A stretch of DNA of 64,000 nt from a bacterium (GTDB lineage: Bacteria; SZUA-182; DTGQ01; JAFGSM01): NCBI GenBank assembly GCA_049472355.1, contig JBLIRP010000002.1, forward strand, positions 1,118-65,117. The letters are read 5' to 3'. Positions 31,111-41,007 of this stretch are shown here, piece by piece; position 1 is the stretch's first letter; every line of letters starts with the position of its first letter. Under the pieces are notes generated by a model. It was not told the DNA's origin and did no database searches. It saw nothing but the letters and a program-made list of their open reading frames with translations. A program made the translations under genes and the position numbers.

Positions 31111-32514
31111 TCACTCCCATCCCAGGAGTGCCAGTTGCTCCGATACCGATTTTCTTGCAGAGAAGATCCCCAGTATCCGCTCCCCGGCTTGCACCAGGAA
31201 GAATGCGGCCACCCACAGGGCCACGGGCCAGGTATGGGCCACCACCTGCGTTTCAAGGCCCACCGAGAAGAGAAAGGCGGTCTGCACCTGAAACAGGATG
31301 AGGTAGAGGTAGAGAATCCAAAAGTCCGTTCTCCAGAGGAACAGGAGCCCGCCCAGGAGACCTGCGCCCACCAGGAGGGCGAGAAGGACCTGGAACGCAT
31401 GGCGGCGCAGAAGCTGCCGAGGAATTGTCGCCGGCGATTTCAGCATTTTTTTGAATTCATGAAGGGCTTCGGTGGAAATATACCGCATGCGGGGCAGGGT
31501 CTGCCGAGGTATTACTGCCGGTGATTTCGGCAATTTTTTGAATTCATGAAGGGCTTCGGTGGGAATATACCGCACGATGAGCGCAAGATAAACCATGCCC
31601 AGTCCCCGTGCGTTTCCCCATAACAGCTCTTTGGGGGTATGCAGACGGAGAAAGTATTCCTTGGGGGTGATCCTGGGGCCCACGAACATCCCCTTTTCCT
31701 CGATTTCCTTTACCGTGGGAAATCCCGGTTTGCCGGCGAATTCAAGGTTGGTGTAAAAACGTGCACCCAGGTTGCTGGTGTAAAAGACATCACCGTTGAC
31801 CTTGTACATTCCCCACAGGTGCGGGGCGAGCATGAGGAGGCCGATGAGCAGCGCCAGGGGTGCACTGGTGATTCCCCACCGTGACCTGGAAACAAGGGGA
31901 AGGAGAATAAAAAGAAGGACGGCAGGGAGCAGGAATTCCGTTCTGGTGAGCAGGAGCAGGCCGGTCACCACCCCTGCGAGCACGGCTCGCGTGTATCGCC
32001 CCAGACCCTCATTGATGCAGGTTACATAGAGAAGAAGGAGCACAAGAAGGGTGAAGAACTCACACCGCAGCCCCCGTACGCTCGCCTCAATGCAATAGGT
32101 GTGCACCGCCAGGAGAAATGCGGCGAGCAGGGCCACTCCCTTCCCCATCCACGTTCGGACCAGAAGATAGGTCAACAGCACCACGAGGAGTGAAAAGGTC
32201 AGGGATACCCATCGAACGTTCACCTCATCGGCACCGGGAAGTTCCAGGAACGCCTTTACCACAAGGAGATAGAGGGGCTCCCGCAGCCCGAAGCGGGCTG
32301 AGTAAAAGCCGGTATCGGTGAATGGCCTGAGCATTCGGGCAAAATGGATAAACCCGTTCACGTCCGGATCGAGGGGCCTGCCTGTTGATCGCTGGAGCGT
32401 GCCCAACCGGAGGTAAAGGGCCAGCGCAAGGATAAGGAGGATAAGTACGGCCTCCTTCCATGGCTTCATCCCCGTGCTTGATTCATTCATATTCTGTTGA
32501 TGCCTGTTGCCCAT
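31111..32514 (-). CDS. polytopic membrane protein (ArnT/PMT-like GT-C candidate) containing an in-frame 87-bp tandem duplication
   Basis: 467 aa, multi-TM. Several possible starts (32514, 32490, 32469). Function is inferred from topology and context only. Confidence 0.6.
   Translation of the reverse strand: MGNRHQQNMNESSTGMKPWKEAVLILLILALALYLRLGTLQRSTGRPLDPDVNGFIHFARMLRPFTDTGFYSARFGLREPLYLLVVKAFLELPGADEVNVRWVSLTFSLLVVLLTYLLVRTWMGKGVALLAAFLLAVHTYCIEASVRGLRCEFFTLLVLLLLYVTCINEGLGRYTRAVLAGVVTGLLLLTRTEFLLPAVLLFILLPLVSRSRWGITSAPLALLIGLLMLAPHLWGMYKVNGDVFYTSNLGARFYTNLEFAGKPGFPTVKEIEEKGMFVGPRITPKEYFLRLHTPKELLWGNARGLGMVYLALIVRYIPTEALHEFKKLPKSPAVIPRQTLPRMRYISTEALHEFKKMLKSPATIPRQLLRRHAFQVLLALLVGAGLLGGLLFLWRTDFWILYLYLILFQVQTAFLFSVGLETQVVAHTWPVALWVAAFFLVQAGERILGIFSARKSVSEQLALLGWE
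31414..31587. repeat. 87-bp in-frame tandem duplication inside the CDS
   Basis: Units start at 31414 and 31501 (CTGCCGAGG...TTTGAATTCATGAAGGGCTTCGGTGG.AATATACCGCA). They encode YIPTEALHEFKKLPKSPAVIPRQTLPRMR / YISTEALHEFKKMLKSPATIPRQLLRRHA. Confidence 0.9.
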
Positions 32515-32739
32515 ACTATATATTCGGAATTATCGATTCCTTACCATCAGGGTCGTCGTTCCCGGAAGACCCCGCATCAATGATGTCTCAAGGATGCCCG
32601 GCATACCGGTCGAATCCTCGCATGATACATGTATGCCGGAAGGGACAATCGCAGAACCCGCCAAAACGTGATGAATCCCGTATCCTCACGGCAGGGACTT
32701 CCTGGCATGATTGCGGCATTGCAAAATGGAAATTGCTCA

Positions 32740-33912
32740 CTATCTTGTATTTTCGCTGCCTTCAAGGAGCCTGCAATAAAGATCGATATGCATGCGCGCC
32801 ACCATGCCAAGATCCATATGCTCAACCACCCATCTCCTCCCGTTTGCACCCCAGCGGAACCTTTCCTTTTCATTCGCGAATGCCGCCTCCAGGCACCTCG
32901 CACAATCATCCGCATCCCCCGGATCGAACAGGAGACCATTGACATGGTCTGTCACGAGTGCCAGGTTTCCGGGTATGCGGGAGGCTATGATGGGAAGGCC
33001 GCATGCCATGCCCTCCAGGACGGCATTGGAAAGCCCCTCAAATCGCGAGGGGTGCACAAGAAGATCAGCGAGATTTAAATACTCCTTCACTCGTTCGGGA
33101 GAAACGCGGGACATGAGCGTAATGCTCTGTCCCATATCCCTTTTATGGATAAGGTTTTTTATAACTCCCTCAAGGGGGCCTGATCCGATGATCCAAAGCC
33201 TCCAATCCCTGTTATGCTCCCGTACCTTTGACCAAGCATCAATCAACAGGGGGATGTTCTTGTGAGGATCAAGCCGTCCCAGGCAGAGGGCAAGATTCAG
33301 ACCTTCGAAATCCCGGGCACATTTTGCAGCCCTTTTTTCCTCCCTCTCCTGGGGGAAAAGGTGCTGCGTGTCCACACCGTTAGGGATAATGTTGATCCTC
33401 CCGGATCGCACCCCTATTTTTATCAATTCCTGTGCAATCTGCCGCGTAGGGGCGATAAAGGAACATGGCCCCTTCCTGAGCACATACAGCTTCATCCTGC
33501 CCAGGCGGGTGGCAAGTGATGCGGCAATATCCCCGATCCTTCCACTCCCCCCGAGCTTTACTACAACAGGGGTGGCGGTGAGCATCCCTGTGGAAAGACA
33601 GGCGATGGCGGTAGACGTGGCAAGATGGCAATGGATGACATCGAATGCGTGCCGTCTCCTCAGCAGAAAAGGAAAAAGACCCGCCACAAACATCACCGAT
33701 GCTGTTCGTTCCCTGCCGAACACGGGAAGCCGGTGCACAACCACCCCCCCGTGGCTGTCAGTGTCTGATACATCCGGGCATCTCCGTGTCACCACGTCAA
33801 TCTTCAGGCCCATCGAGAAAAGCCTCTCGGAGAGCCTTTGGGCCTGTATCTCGCTTCCGCCAACCACAGGGTGGTAGTAGTCAATGGCCATACAGATGCG
33901 GAGGGGATTCAT
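32740..33912 (-). CDS. glycosyltransferase family 4
   Basis: ICMAIDYYHPVVGGSE N-terminus and PSRFEGLSNAVLEGMACGLPIIAS. Confidence 0.88.
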   Translation of the reverse strand: MNPLRICMAIDYYHPVVGGSEIQAQRLSERLFSMGLKIDVVTRRCPDVSDTDSHGGVVVHRLPVFGRERTASVMFVAGLFPFLLRRRHAFDVIHCHLATSTAIACLSTGMLTATPVVVKLGGSGRIGDIAASLATRLGRMKLYVLRKGPCSFIAPTRQIAQELIKIGVRSGRINIIPNGVDTQHLFPQEREEKRAAKCARDFEGLNLALCLGRLDPHKNIPLLIDAWSKVREHNRDWRLWIIGSGPLEGVIKNLIHKRDMGQSITLMSRVSPERVKEYLNLADLLVHPSRFEGLSNAVLEGMACGLPIIASRIPGNLALVTDHVNGLLFDPGDADDCARCLEAAFANEKERFRWGANGRRWVVEHMDLGMVARMHIDLYCRLLEGSENTR

Positions 33913-34622
33913 TCCTCAAAGAGCCCCTTCAGGGTCTCGGGCAATCGTCCGGCCTTAAGGTTATCGATCTTTCGTTTGATCTGAACCCTCAGCCAATCGT
34001 CCTCGGTATTGTTATAAAGCTGCTGCAAAAAGGACATGGCGCTCTCCTTCTTGCCCGACGTGACAAGCAGGCTCGCAGCGAGTCTGGGAAGATACTGAGG
34101 GTGTCCGGGAAGCTGGGCCGCCTTAAGTATATGAAAGGATGCCCTTTCAGTATCCTGATGATAATAGAGGTAGTTGAATCCCACATAAAAATGGAGCCGC
34201 CAATAATCCGGGTACGAGAGTAATCCCTTCTCCATGAGCGCGGTGCTCTGGTCGGGATTACCCCCCTCAAGGGCGAGTATGATGCCTCCGAACTCATAGG
34301 GATAGCGAAAGTGAGGGTCCAGCGTGGTGACGAGATCCAGTATGTGATAGAGCCATGTGTAGCTTCGATCGGTCAGATAGTGTCCGCCGAAATAGGCGAT
34401 TGCCTTTATCCAGAGAAGATCTGCAGCCAGGGAATCAAATCCGAGGCACAGGGGCTTCAGGAATCTTCCGGTGGGAAGATACATCAACCGTTCCTCCCTG
34501 GCCCGCTTAAAGGAATGGTCAATGGATGTCTGCACGAAATAGACAGCGACAAAAAGAAGAAGGAGCGCAAGGAACCAGATCACAGAGCGGACGACACCGA
34601 CATTACGGATGTTTATGGTCAT
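33909..34622 (-). CDS. membrane-anchored TPR-like repeat protein
   Basis: N-terminal TM (VIWFLALLLLFVAVYF) followed by helical-repeat sequence. Overlaps both neighbours. Confidence 0.65.
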   Translation of the reverse strand: MTINIRNVGVVRSVIWFLALLLLFVAVYFVQTSIDHSFKRAREERLMYLPTGRFLKPLCLGFDSLAADLLWIKAIAYFGGHYLTDRSYTWLYHILDLVTTLDPHFRYPYEFGGIILALEGGNPDQSTALMEKGLLSYPDYWRLHFYVGFNYLYYHQDTERASFHILKAAQLPGHPQYLPRLAASLLVTSGKKESAMSFLQQLYNNTEDDWLRVQIKRKIDNLKAGRLPETLKGLFEE

Positions 34623-36633
34623 TTTCTCCCCCTCCGTTAGGATCGCCTGTCAGGATCGGCACCTTCATCTGCGATCCGTCATACGCATGCGTGCCGCACC
34701 CCATCGATTCCAGTTTAGGATACAGTGTGCGGAGATCAAAATCAATGAGTTCCTTCTCATAGGGGATATGCGCCTTCCCTTCAAGACCGAGTCCCCGTAT
34801 CCTCAGTATCTCCTCATATTCGGTGCATGCCGCCCGGCGATCCCCGAGTGCCTCAAGGGTCAAGCCGAGCCAATAATACCCGGATAAACAATAAGGCTCG
34901 AGCCGTACCACCTGTTCAAAGGCATCCCGGGCATCACGGTATCGCTTCTGATGGAAAAGGGCCCTTCCCAGGCCGGAAAAACCCTTATGGAGATACGGGG
35001 CGAGCAGCAGGCACCGTCTAAACGCCGCCTCTGCCCTGGTCACAAGCTCCGGCTGGGCAGGAAGGGCTTCATACAGATTCAGATATCCCATGCCCAGGGA
35101 TAGGGGAAAATGGTGATCATTAGGATTGAGTGCCTGTGCGAGCCCTGCCTCGCTCAGTCCCTTTTCCAGGAAATCCGGATCCCGTGTCAGGCCGAACATC
35201 TTGAAATAGGCACCCCCAAGGGAGTTATGGTAGGGTGCGCACCCGAAATCAATTCGGACCGCCCGTTCAATGTCCCGTATGTCGGAGAAAGGATCTATGC
35301 CCTCGACCCTGTCAAATATCCTAAACCCGATATACTCCCGGATGGGGATCCATGCGAGTGCGGCAACGACGACAAGGGAAGCCACGACCGCCGCCCTGGA
35401 TCTTCTCTCTACAAGGGGAATCCACAAGGGTTTTCTCCCGATTTCAATGATCCGTATCTGCCTTACCCACACCAGCATAAGCAGCAAGAGGAACACGGTG
35501 GGAGGAATATGAAAGATAAAGTCCACCATGGAATGGGCAAGGAGGGTCATCATCCCGACAAGAAGGGCCTTCTTTTCTCCGTGCATCCCGGCAAGACCGG
35601 CCTCTTTCTTCAGGCATTCCCGAAACACTATAAAAAGTAAGAAAAGTATCATCAGGATACCCGGTATGCCCATCTCCGCACCCACGTGGAGCAGTTCGTT
35701 ATGGGCGTATCGCGCAACCCTCGCATAACGGGCCCACGTGCCCTCCACAGGAAAGGCGTACATGAACGAGTAGAAAGGGAAATTTCCGATTCCCACGCCG
35801 AGCAGGGGATGATCCCTCAGCATGGCAAGGGCGCCTTTCCACATTGACCATCGGCTGTAAGCATACACATCTGCGCGTCCCACCTCCATGATCCGCACCA
35901 TGAGGGGATTCGGGATAAAAATGAAGAGTACGAAGGCCACCATCAGAACAGAGAGGACCTTCCACCTCGCTCGTGAGCACAAGACGAATCCCACTGCGCC
36001 CCCGGCAAGGGCAAGGAGCCCCCCCCGGGAGCCGGTCAGAAAAAGCGCGATCCCCATAAGGCCGACGAGCCCTGCCTTCGGCATCCATTGTGTGCGAAAG
36101 GGAGGATGAAATGCCATGCGAGCAATGATGAGCATGCACAGGCAGGCAAGGAAGGCGGCAAGGTGGTTGGGATTGTAAAATGTCCCGGTGATCCTCACCT
36201 CGTGCATGAGAAACGCCTGATAGAACCCGATCAGGGACTGCACTACCCCCATGCCCACCATCCCCCAAAAGAGCGTTTCAATATCCCGGATAGAAAAGGT
36301 TTTGGCCATGTGAACATAAAAGAGGACGTAACAGGTTACCAAGATGAGACACCGTACTGCATTGTGGTGATAGCTTACGAAGATGCTGGAAAAGGCCGCA
36401 AGGGGAATGAATCCCAGGACCGGAAGATCGATGGCGGACCAGGCAATGCCCCATCCCCTCCGTCTCAATCCCTCCAGGAGACTTATGCCAAGGAGGAGGA
36501 GGGCCGAAATCTGGATGAAAAGACCCGGCAGCCTCGGTGTCCCGGCCTTGATCAGGGATGGCAGAAGGACCCCTGTCCATACGATGATGTGGATCAACCG
36601 GCGATCATACAATCCCTTATGTTGCTCAGACAT
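34603..36633 (-). CDS. O-antigen ligase/polymerase (Wzy_C-like) membrane domain fused to C-terminal TPR repeats
   Basis: Multi-TM region with LFLTGSRGGLLALAGG and AHNELLHVGAEMGIPG (Wzy_C-like). C-terminal TPR-like YYWLGLTLEALGDRRAACTEYEEIL. Confidence 0.78.
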   Translation of the reverse strand: MSEQHKGLYDRRLIHIIVWTGVLLPSLIKAGTPRLPGLFIQISALLLLGISLLEGLRRRGWGIAWSAIDLPVLGFIPLAAFSSIFVSYHHNAVRCLILVTCYVLFYVHMAKTFSIRDIETLFWGMVGMGVVQSLIGFYQAFLMHEVRITGTFYNPNHLAAFLACLCMLIIARMAFHPPFRTQWMPKAGLVGLMGIALFLTGSRGGLLALAGGAVGFVLCSRARWKVLSVLMVAFVLFIFIPNPLMVRIMEVGRADVYAYSRWSMWKGALAMLRDHPLLGVGIGNFPFYSFMYAFPVEGTWARYARVARYAHNELLHVGAEMGIPGILMILFLLFIVFRECLKKEAGLAGMHGEKKALLVGMMTLLAHSMVDFIFHIPPTVFLLLLMLVWVRQIRIIEIGRKPLWIPLVERRSRAAVVASLVVVAALAWIPIREYIGFRIFDRVEGIDPFSDIRDIERAVRIDFGCAPYHNSLGGAYFKMFGLTRDPDFLEKGLSEAGLAQALNPNDHHFPLSLGMGYLNLYEALPAQPELVTRAEAAFRRCLLLAPYLHKGFSGLGRALFHQKRYRDARDAFEQVVRLEPYCLSGYYWLGLTLEALGDRRAACTEYEEILRIRGLGLEGKAHIPYEKELIDFDLRTLYPKLESMGCGTHAYDGSQMKVPILTGDPNGGGENDHKHP

Positions 36634-36743
36634 TTAAAACATCCTTATCGAGCGTGAGGGGGACTCGTGACCCTCTCCTCAATCGGGCGTGTACAAAACT
36701 TTCACCTTCAAGCGGTTGCGCCCCGCCGGGCGTACAAAGGAGA

Positions 36744-36777
36744 AAAGGCCGCCCGGCATCCCGGACGGCCTTTTCTG
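36744..36777 (-). terminator. GC-rich intrinsic terminator after the pilin genes (bidirectional shape)
   Basis: AAAAGGCCGCCCGGCATCCCGGACGGCCTTTTCT. A stem of about 10 bp flanked by A and T tracts, 20 nt downstream of the pilin stop at 36797. Confidence 0.7.
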
Positions 36778-36796
36778 ATAATTCACCAGGAACGAA

Positions 36797-37285
36797 TCAA
36801 TAGACGTTCTTGGCAGTTATCTGTGATATGTCGCTTCCCCCATTAGAGGCCTGATATTCAGCTTCCACGCCGTCAGCATCGAGGTCGCCGAATGCACTCG
36901 CCGAGAAGGCGGTTGAAGGAGTGCCTGTAGTTGTAACCGTGTAGACATAGTACACCTGGCCTGCAGGCTCAAACCCGAGGGCGGAGAATTCCGTTGCATC
37001 GGCCACCCATTGCTGTTTCGTTGCAAGTGGCGTAGCCGAAGGATACCGGGCGATGGTGCCGGCCGCTTCAGGATAGTACGCGTCCTCTTCGGCATTGTAG
37101 GCCTCTTGGACGGTCCTGATGGCGCCCAGGTTTGACTTCGCCTCCGAGGTCTTCGCCTTCAGACGGAAGGTCAGGAAGTTCGGTATGGCGATTGCTGCCA
37201 GGATGCCGATGATAGCCACAACAATCATCAGCTCGATCAGGGTAAAACCTTTTTTGCTCTTTAAAAGCCTTAACATGGTGGTCAC
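36797..37285 (-). CDS. pilA: type IV pilin (prepilin-type N-terminal methylation domain)
   Basis: KKG|[24 protein letters not shown] cleavage/methylation motif. 162 aa. Confidence 0.9.
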   Translation of the reverse strand: MTTMLRLLKSKKGFTLIELMIVVAIIGILAAIAIPNFLTFRLKAKTSEAKSNLGAIRTVQEAYNAEEDAYYPEAAGTIARYPSATPLATKQQWVADATEFSALGFEPAGQVYYVYTVTTTGTPSTAFSASAFGDLDADGVEAEYQASNGGSDISQITAKNVY

Positions 37286-37358
37286 CTCCCCTTGGTTATA
37301 TGGTTAATAATAAAATATACCGTTTACGTCCGCAATGTCTTGCCGTTGAACCGGACCG

Positions 37359-37835
37359 TTAGTATACGTTCTTTGCCGTCTCCTGGACAATCTCGCTGTC
37401 TTTGGTGATATAGAATTGTGATATTACGCCGTCCCCGTCAAGGTCTCCGTATGCTGAAGCCCTGAAGTTCTGTAAATATGTCTCGGCGTTGTTCTGTCCT
37501 ACGGAATAGCGAAAGTAGACCTGACCGGTGGGCTCGAAGGCGATGGCGGAGAATTCGGTAACCGAAATGAACCACGATTCCTTCGTTGTGGTCGGGTTAC
37601 TCGCAGGATACTGGGCTATGGGCCCATAGTAGACGTCACATTCAGTGTGGTATGCCTCCTCGCCAAGCCGTATCGACCCGAGGTTCGATTTCGCCTCTGC
37701 CATCTTCGCCTTGAGCCTGAAGGTAAGGAAATTGGGGATGGCAATGGCTGCCAGGATGCCGATGATCGCAACAACAATCATCAACTCGATCAACGTAAAA
37801 CCCTTTTTTTGGAGCATCATTTTCATTATGATCAC
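37359..37835 (-). CDS. pilA: type IV pilin, paralogue of the downstream gene
   Basis: Nearly identical mature N-terminus ([33 protein letters not shown]), divergent C-terminal globular part. 158 aa. Confidence 0.9.
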   Translation of the reverse strand: MIIMKMMLQKKGFTLIELMIVVAIIGILAAIAIPNFLTFRLKAKMAEAKSNLGSIRLGEEAYHTECDVYYGPIAQYPASNPTTTKESWFISVTEFSAIAFEPTGQVYFRYSVGQNNAETYLQNFRASAYGDLDGDGVISQFYITKDSEIVQETAKNVY

Positions 37836-37907
37836 CGCCCCTTTCTACAATCGTTATTGAATCTATTTCGTTTGATTTCGTTTGATCCCATGATAGAAGC
37901 AATCGAT

Positions 37908-37923
37908 GTGCCACAAGAGAAAA
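37908..37923 (-). promoter_or_regulatory. sigma54 (-24/-12) promoter upstream of the pilin pair
   Basis: The minus strand reads TGGCAC-ATCGA-TTGCT, a perfect TGGCAC-N5-TTGC, about 75-85 nt upstream of the pilin start. Confidence 0.7.
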
Positions 37924-38155
37924 TATCATGTAAGTAATTGTAATAAAATATGTTATTGTCTTAATCCTCCCCGGTGGGCACCTCTTCCAGCACCGGGCGA
38001 CTGACAGATTTTGTCACCTATACCTGTATATGCGGCAAGGCGCAGGGAACGACAGGGCTAACTTTAGGATAATCTATTGAAATTTAATACTTAATTTGAT
38101 TCCATTGCTGTCATATGACGAATTCTGTTCAGAGTTGACAAATTTTGGCACCTCT

Positions 38156-39457
38156 TTAAAACACGAGGTTCAGGCCGATATTTATCTGATAGGTTTGGTA
38201 GTCGAAGGTATCCGGCGAATCCAGGACATCTTCCTCTGAAATATTCGTATTCCGCTGCCTGTACGAGCCGTTGATGGTGCCCCAGATCCAATCGAGGAAC
38301 TGATAATCCAAACCCGCCCGGGCTTCGTACATCTCGTCCTTGCGGGGGACATTCTTATAATCGGAATAGGTGTAGGCGAGGTCGATCCATGTCCCCACCT
38401 TGTAGGTAAGCTGGTGATCGAGGCCCAGACTTCCCATGCTCGAGTAGTAGAATTCGGCTTCCGTGCCCGAATATTGAAAGGTTGAATCCTCGATCCTTCG
38501 TTCCATGGCAAGCGCAAGGGAGGTAAATTCCGAAAACGTCTGTTTCAGATCAACCGCAACCTTCCACGTCTCCGGCATGCGGTCCCCTGTGCCTGATGCA
38601 TCGTTATATTCCTTCCACTGATACCCCCCCTTGATTGCGCCGGAGAGTTTTGCAGTGGCCTCCCATTCAAGGCCCGTAAGGAGGCTCTGTGTCGTTGAAT
38701 CCCTCCTCTCCGCCTGGACCGGCTCGCAGTAATCACTGGCAATATACCCGTATTCGAGGAGTATGGCGGTCTTGGTGAATGGCCTGAGGGTTGCCTTGGC
38801 AGTGAAGGTCAGTACATCCCGGTTTCTGTCGTCCGCAATTGCGCTGTCCTCATACCGATGCTCGACAAGGTCGGCATTCAGGGCAATGCCGAAACGGTCC
38901 CTCATATTCAGCCTCACCCCGACCCGGGCATCCGTCTCCCTGCGATTCTCCGCACGGTCCTCGGTGCTGGGGGGATCGGATGTCTTGCGATAGCGATACC
39001 CCCCGTCCACGAAAAGTCCATGGCCGGATTTTCCTAACTGGATATCGAATGCTGAATCCAGGTCGAAAAGGTCCTTGTCGTCCACATCCCTGATGTCATA
39101 CCGGAATATTTCAAACAGGTAGCTCAACCGGAACCGATAGTTCGTCTTCTGCCAGTCACAACGCACCCCGGGCACATAGGAGCGATAACCGCTGGTCTTC
39201 TCATACCCCTTCCGCGCCAGATAGGGATTATCGACGAATCCCTCGGTAACATTAAAAAAGGGGTGAATCTCCAGGGAGCCGAAATGGATGTTGCCGATAC
39301 CCTCCACGGGCGTGACAAGGAACATACAAAAAAGGAAGAGCATAAGGACGGCCCAAAGAAGCCTGCCAGGATAATCTATCGCCATACCTTTCCTTTTTTT
39401 TTTCCAATCCTGTTGCAGAGTAGTCCTCTCCACGTGAAGGAAACCCCCTTTAGTCAT
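38156..39457 (-). CDS. outer-membrane beta-barrel protein (family unassigned)
   Basis: Signal/anchor LLWAVLMLFLFCMFLVTPVEG, alternating aromatic/polar strands rich in Y/D/R, and a C-terminal ...GLNLVF ending in Phe. Confidence 0.6.
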   Translation of the reverse strand: MTKGGFLHVERTTLQQDWKKKRKGMAIDYPGRLLWAVLMLFLFCMFLVTPVEGIGNIHFGSLEIHPFFNVTEGFVDNPYLARKGYEKTSGYRSYVPGVRCDWQKTNYRFRLSYLFEIFRYDIRDVDDKDLFDLDSAFDIQLGKSGHGLFVDGGYRYRKTSDPPSTEDRAENRRETDARVGVRLNMRDRFGIALNADLVEHRYEDSAIADDRNRDVLTFTAKATLRPFTKTAILLEYGYIASDYCEPVQAERRDSTTQSLLTGLEWEATAKLSGAIKGGYQWKEYNDASGTGDRMPETWKVAVDLKQTFSEFTSLALAMERRIEDSTFQYSGTEAEFYYSSMGSLGLDHQLTYKVGTWIDLAYTYSDYKNVPRKDEMYEARAGLDYQFLDWIWGTINGSYRQRNTNISEEDVLDSPDTFDYQTYQINIGLNLVF

Positions 39458-39486
39458 TATCGGCGCATCCGTGCATTTTCCATGGG

Positions 39487-41007
39487 CTAAAGCCTTGCCT
39501 GGATACGGTAGCGGATTCGTTCCTGTGATTTCGGGGCGATGGAGATCTCAAACCGGAGCGCATGGGCCGCCTCCTTTTTCCACTGATGAGAGCTTTCCAG
39601 TACCTGCCATTCCCCGGGCACGGACTCGATGACCACCACCCATGCAGCCTGGTCCTTTTGGTTGCGAAGGATGATCTCCCAGGCCACTTCGATGAGATTG
39701 GGGGCCGGTTTCCTCCAATCCGTCTGATTTCTCTCCACAACAAGGTCGAAGGCATACCCGGTCTGTATACGCACCTTTTCATCCTCAGGGGTATGGGGGA
39801 TCCTGTCTTCACCCAGGAACTGGATCATGCCCTTTGAGTCGGCGGTATAGACCCTGACGATGCCCTCGGGCAGCGGAAGGCCCAGGTGAAATGTCTTTCT
39901 GTTTTCAAATTCCAGAAAAACGCCGACCCTCTGGGGCCTTTCCTCATCCCGTGATTTGTAACGGTAGAACTGCTCACCGCCGTAGTATCGGGGCTCCTTC
40001 TTCACCGGTATTCGCTCTGTGGAAAAAAGACGTATCTGCTTTTCCTGATTCCCCTTGATGTCCAGCGTTTCCGGGACATCGTACAGATGGTACTCGAACA
40101 CCTCCTCCTCCGATATCCCTCGCGTCATCAACGCGGCGTCTCCTGCCTCCCGCATCCGGATAAGCCGCGGTTTTTCGGTCTCGACCCTGCCGACCTTCCC
40201 GGCCATGAGTTGGAGATGCGTGTTGTTGAAGGGCTCTCCCGTCTTGTTGACGATGGTGACCAACCCCTGGAGGTCTCCCCTGGTCTGTTCCGCATTGAGC
40301 ACAAGCACATAATCCGCATTCCAGTCGATATTCTCCGTGAGATAGCTCACCGCAACGGATTGCCTTCCACCTTGAGAGGCAGCAATCTTCCATGTCAATG
40401 AGGGCTCATTTCCGAGGTCCACGGGAAGTTCCGGCAGTACGACCCTCCCGGGATGCCCGATATGAATCTCATCCCCGATCCTGAAGACAGGCCCCTGCGT
40501 GGTGCTCACCAATTCCGCCTTGAGCGCGCCCTTTTTGCCCGAAAAATCATCCTTGTCCACAAGTCTGACCGTCTTGCCCACATACCTCTCCATAAGGGCC
40601 TGAGGGGTAACAGGGTTATATTCATAATTCTGCTCCGCAACATCCAGGGTCCCGGCGCTGCCCATGGATTTCACCCGTACCGAGGCAGGGATGATATGGG
40701 GCGACACATCCCGGAACCGCAGTTCCGCCTTCCCGCCGGGAAGGGTTATCTCCCGTATGTCCTGGACCAGGGCAAAATTATCGTTGTAGATGGTTATCCT
40801 TATGTCCCTTCGGTCCGCTTCCGTGGTTTCAAGGGAAGGGGTGCCCTTGATCTCCAGCGATGTTTCACCGGCACCGGTGATCCCCTGCACGATCCCCTTC
40901 TCTCCAGCCATCGGCATGACCTGGGCGGTGCACTCATGAAGGCCCCAACAAATAACAGTGATAATGAAAAGCGCAAAAACCAGGGTATAATACGGCCTCT
41001 TATTCAT
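39487..41007 (-). CDS. DUF4139/DUF4140-like (MuiA-like) secreted protein
   Basis: Signal peptide, then ITIYNDNFALVQDIREITLPGGKAELRFRDVSPHIIPASVRV, which resembles the DUF4140 N-terminus as I recall it. Family assignment is unverified. Confidence 0.5.
   Translation of the reverse strand: MNKRPYYTLVFALFIITVICWGLHECTAQVMPMAGEKGIVQGITGAGETSLEIKGTPSLETTEADRRDIRITIYNDNFALVQDIREITLPGGKAELRFRDVSPHIIPASVRVKSMGSAGTLDVAEQNYEYNPVTPQALMERYVGKTVRLVDKDDFSGKKGALKAELVSTTQGPVFRIGDEIHIGHPGRVVLPELPVDLGNEPSLTWKIAASQGGRQSVAVSYLTENIDWNADYVLVLNAEQTRGDLQGLVTIVNKTGEPFNNTHLQLMAGKVGRVETEKPRLIRMREAGDAALMTRGISEEEVFEYHLYDVPETLDIKGNQEKQIRLFSTERIPVKKEPRYYGGEQFYRYKSRDEERPQRVGVFLEFENRKTFHLGLPLPEGIVRVYTADSKGMIQFLGEDRIPHTPEDEKVRIQTGYAFDLVVERNQTDWRKPAPNLIEVAWEIILRNQKDQAAWVVVIESVPGEWQVLESSHQWKKEAAHALRFEISIAPKSQERIRYRIQARL

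Noticed and set aside
37286-37358. A second sigma54 promoter in front of the downstream pilin (CGGCAAGACATTGCG on the minus strand).
   Set aside because: The GG-to-GC spacing is one nucleotide short of the -24/-12 consensus and the -24 element is imperfect.
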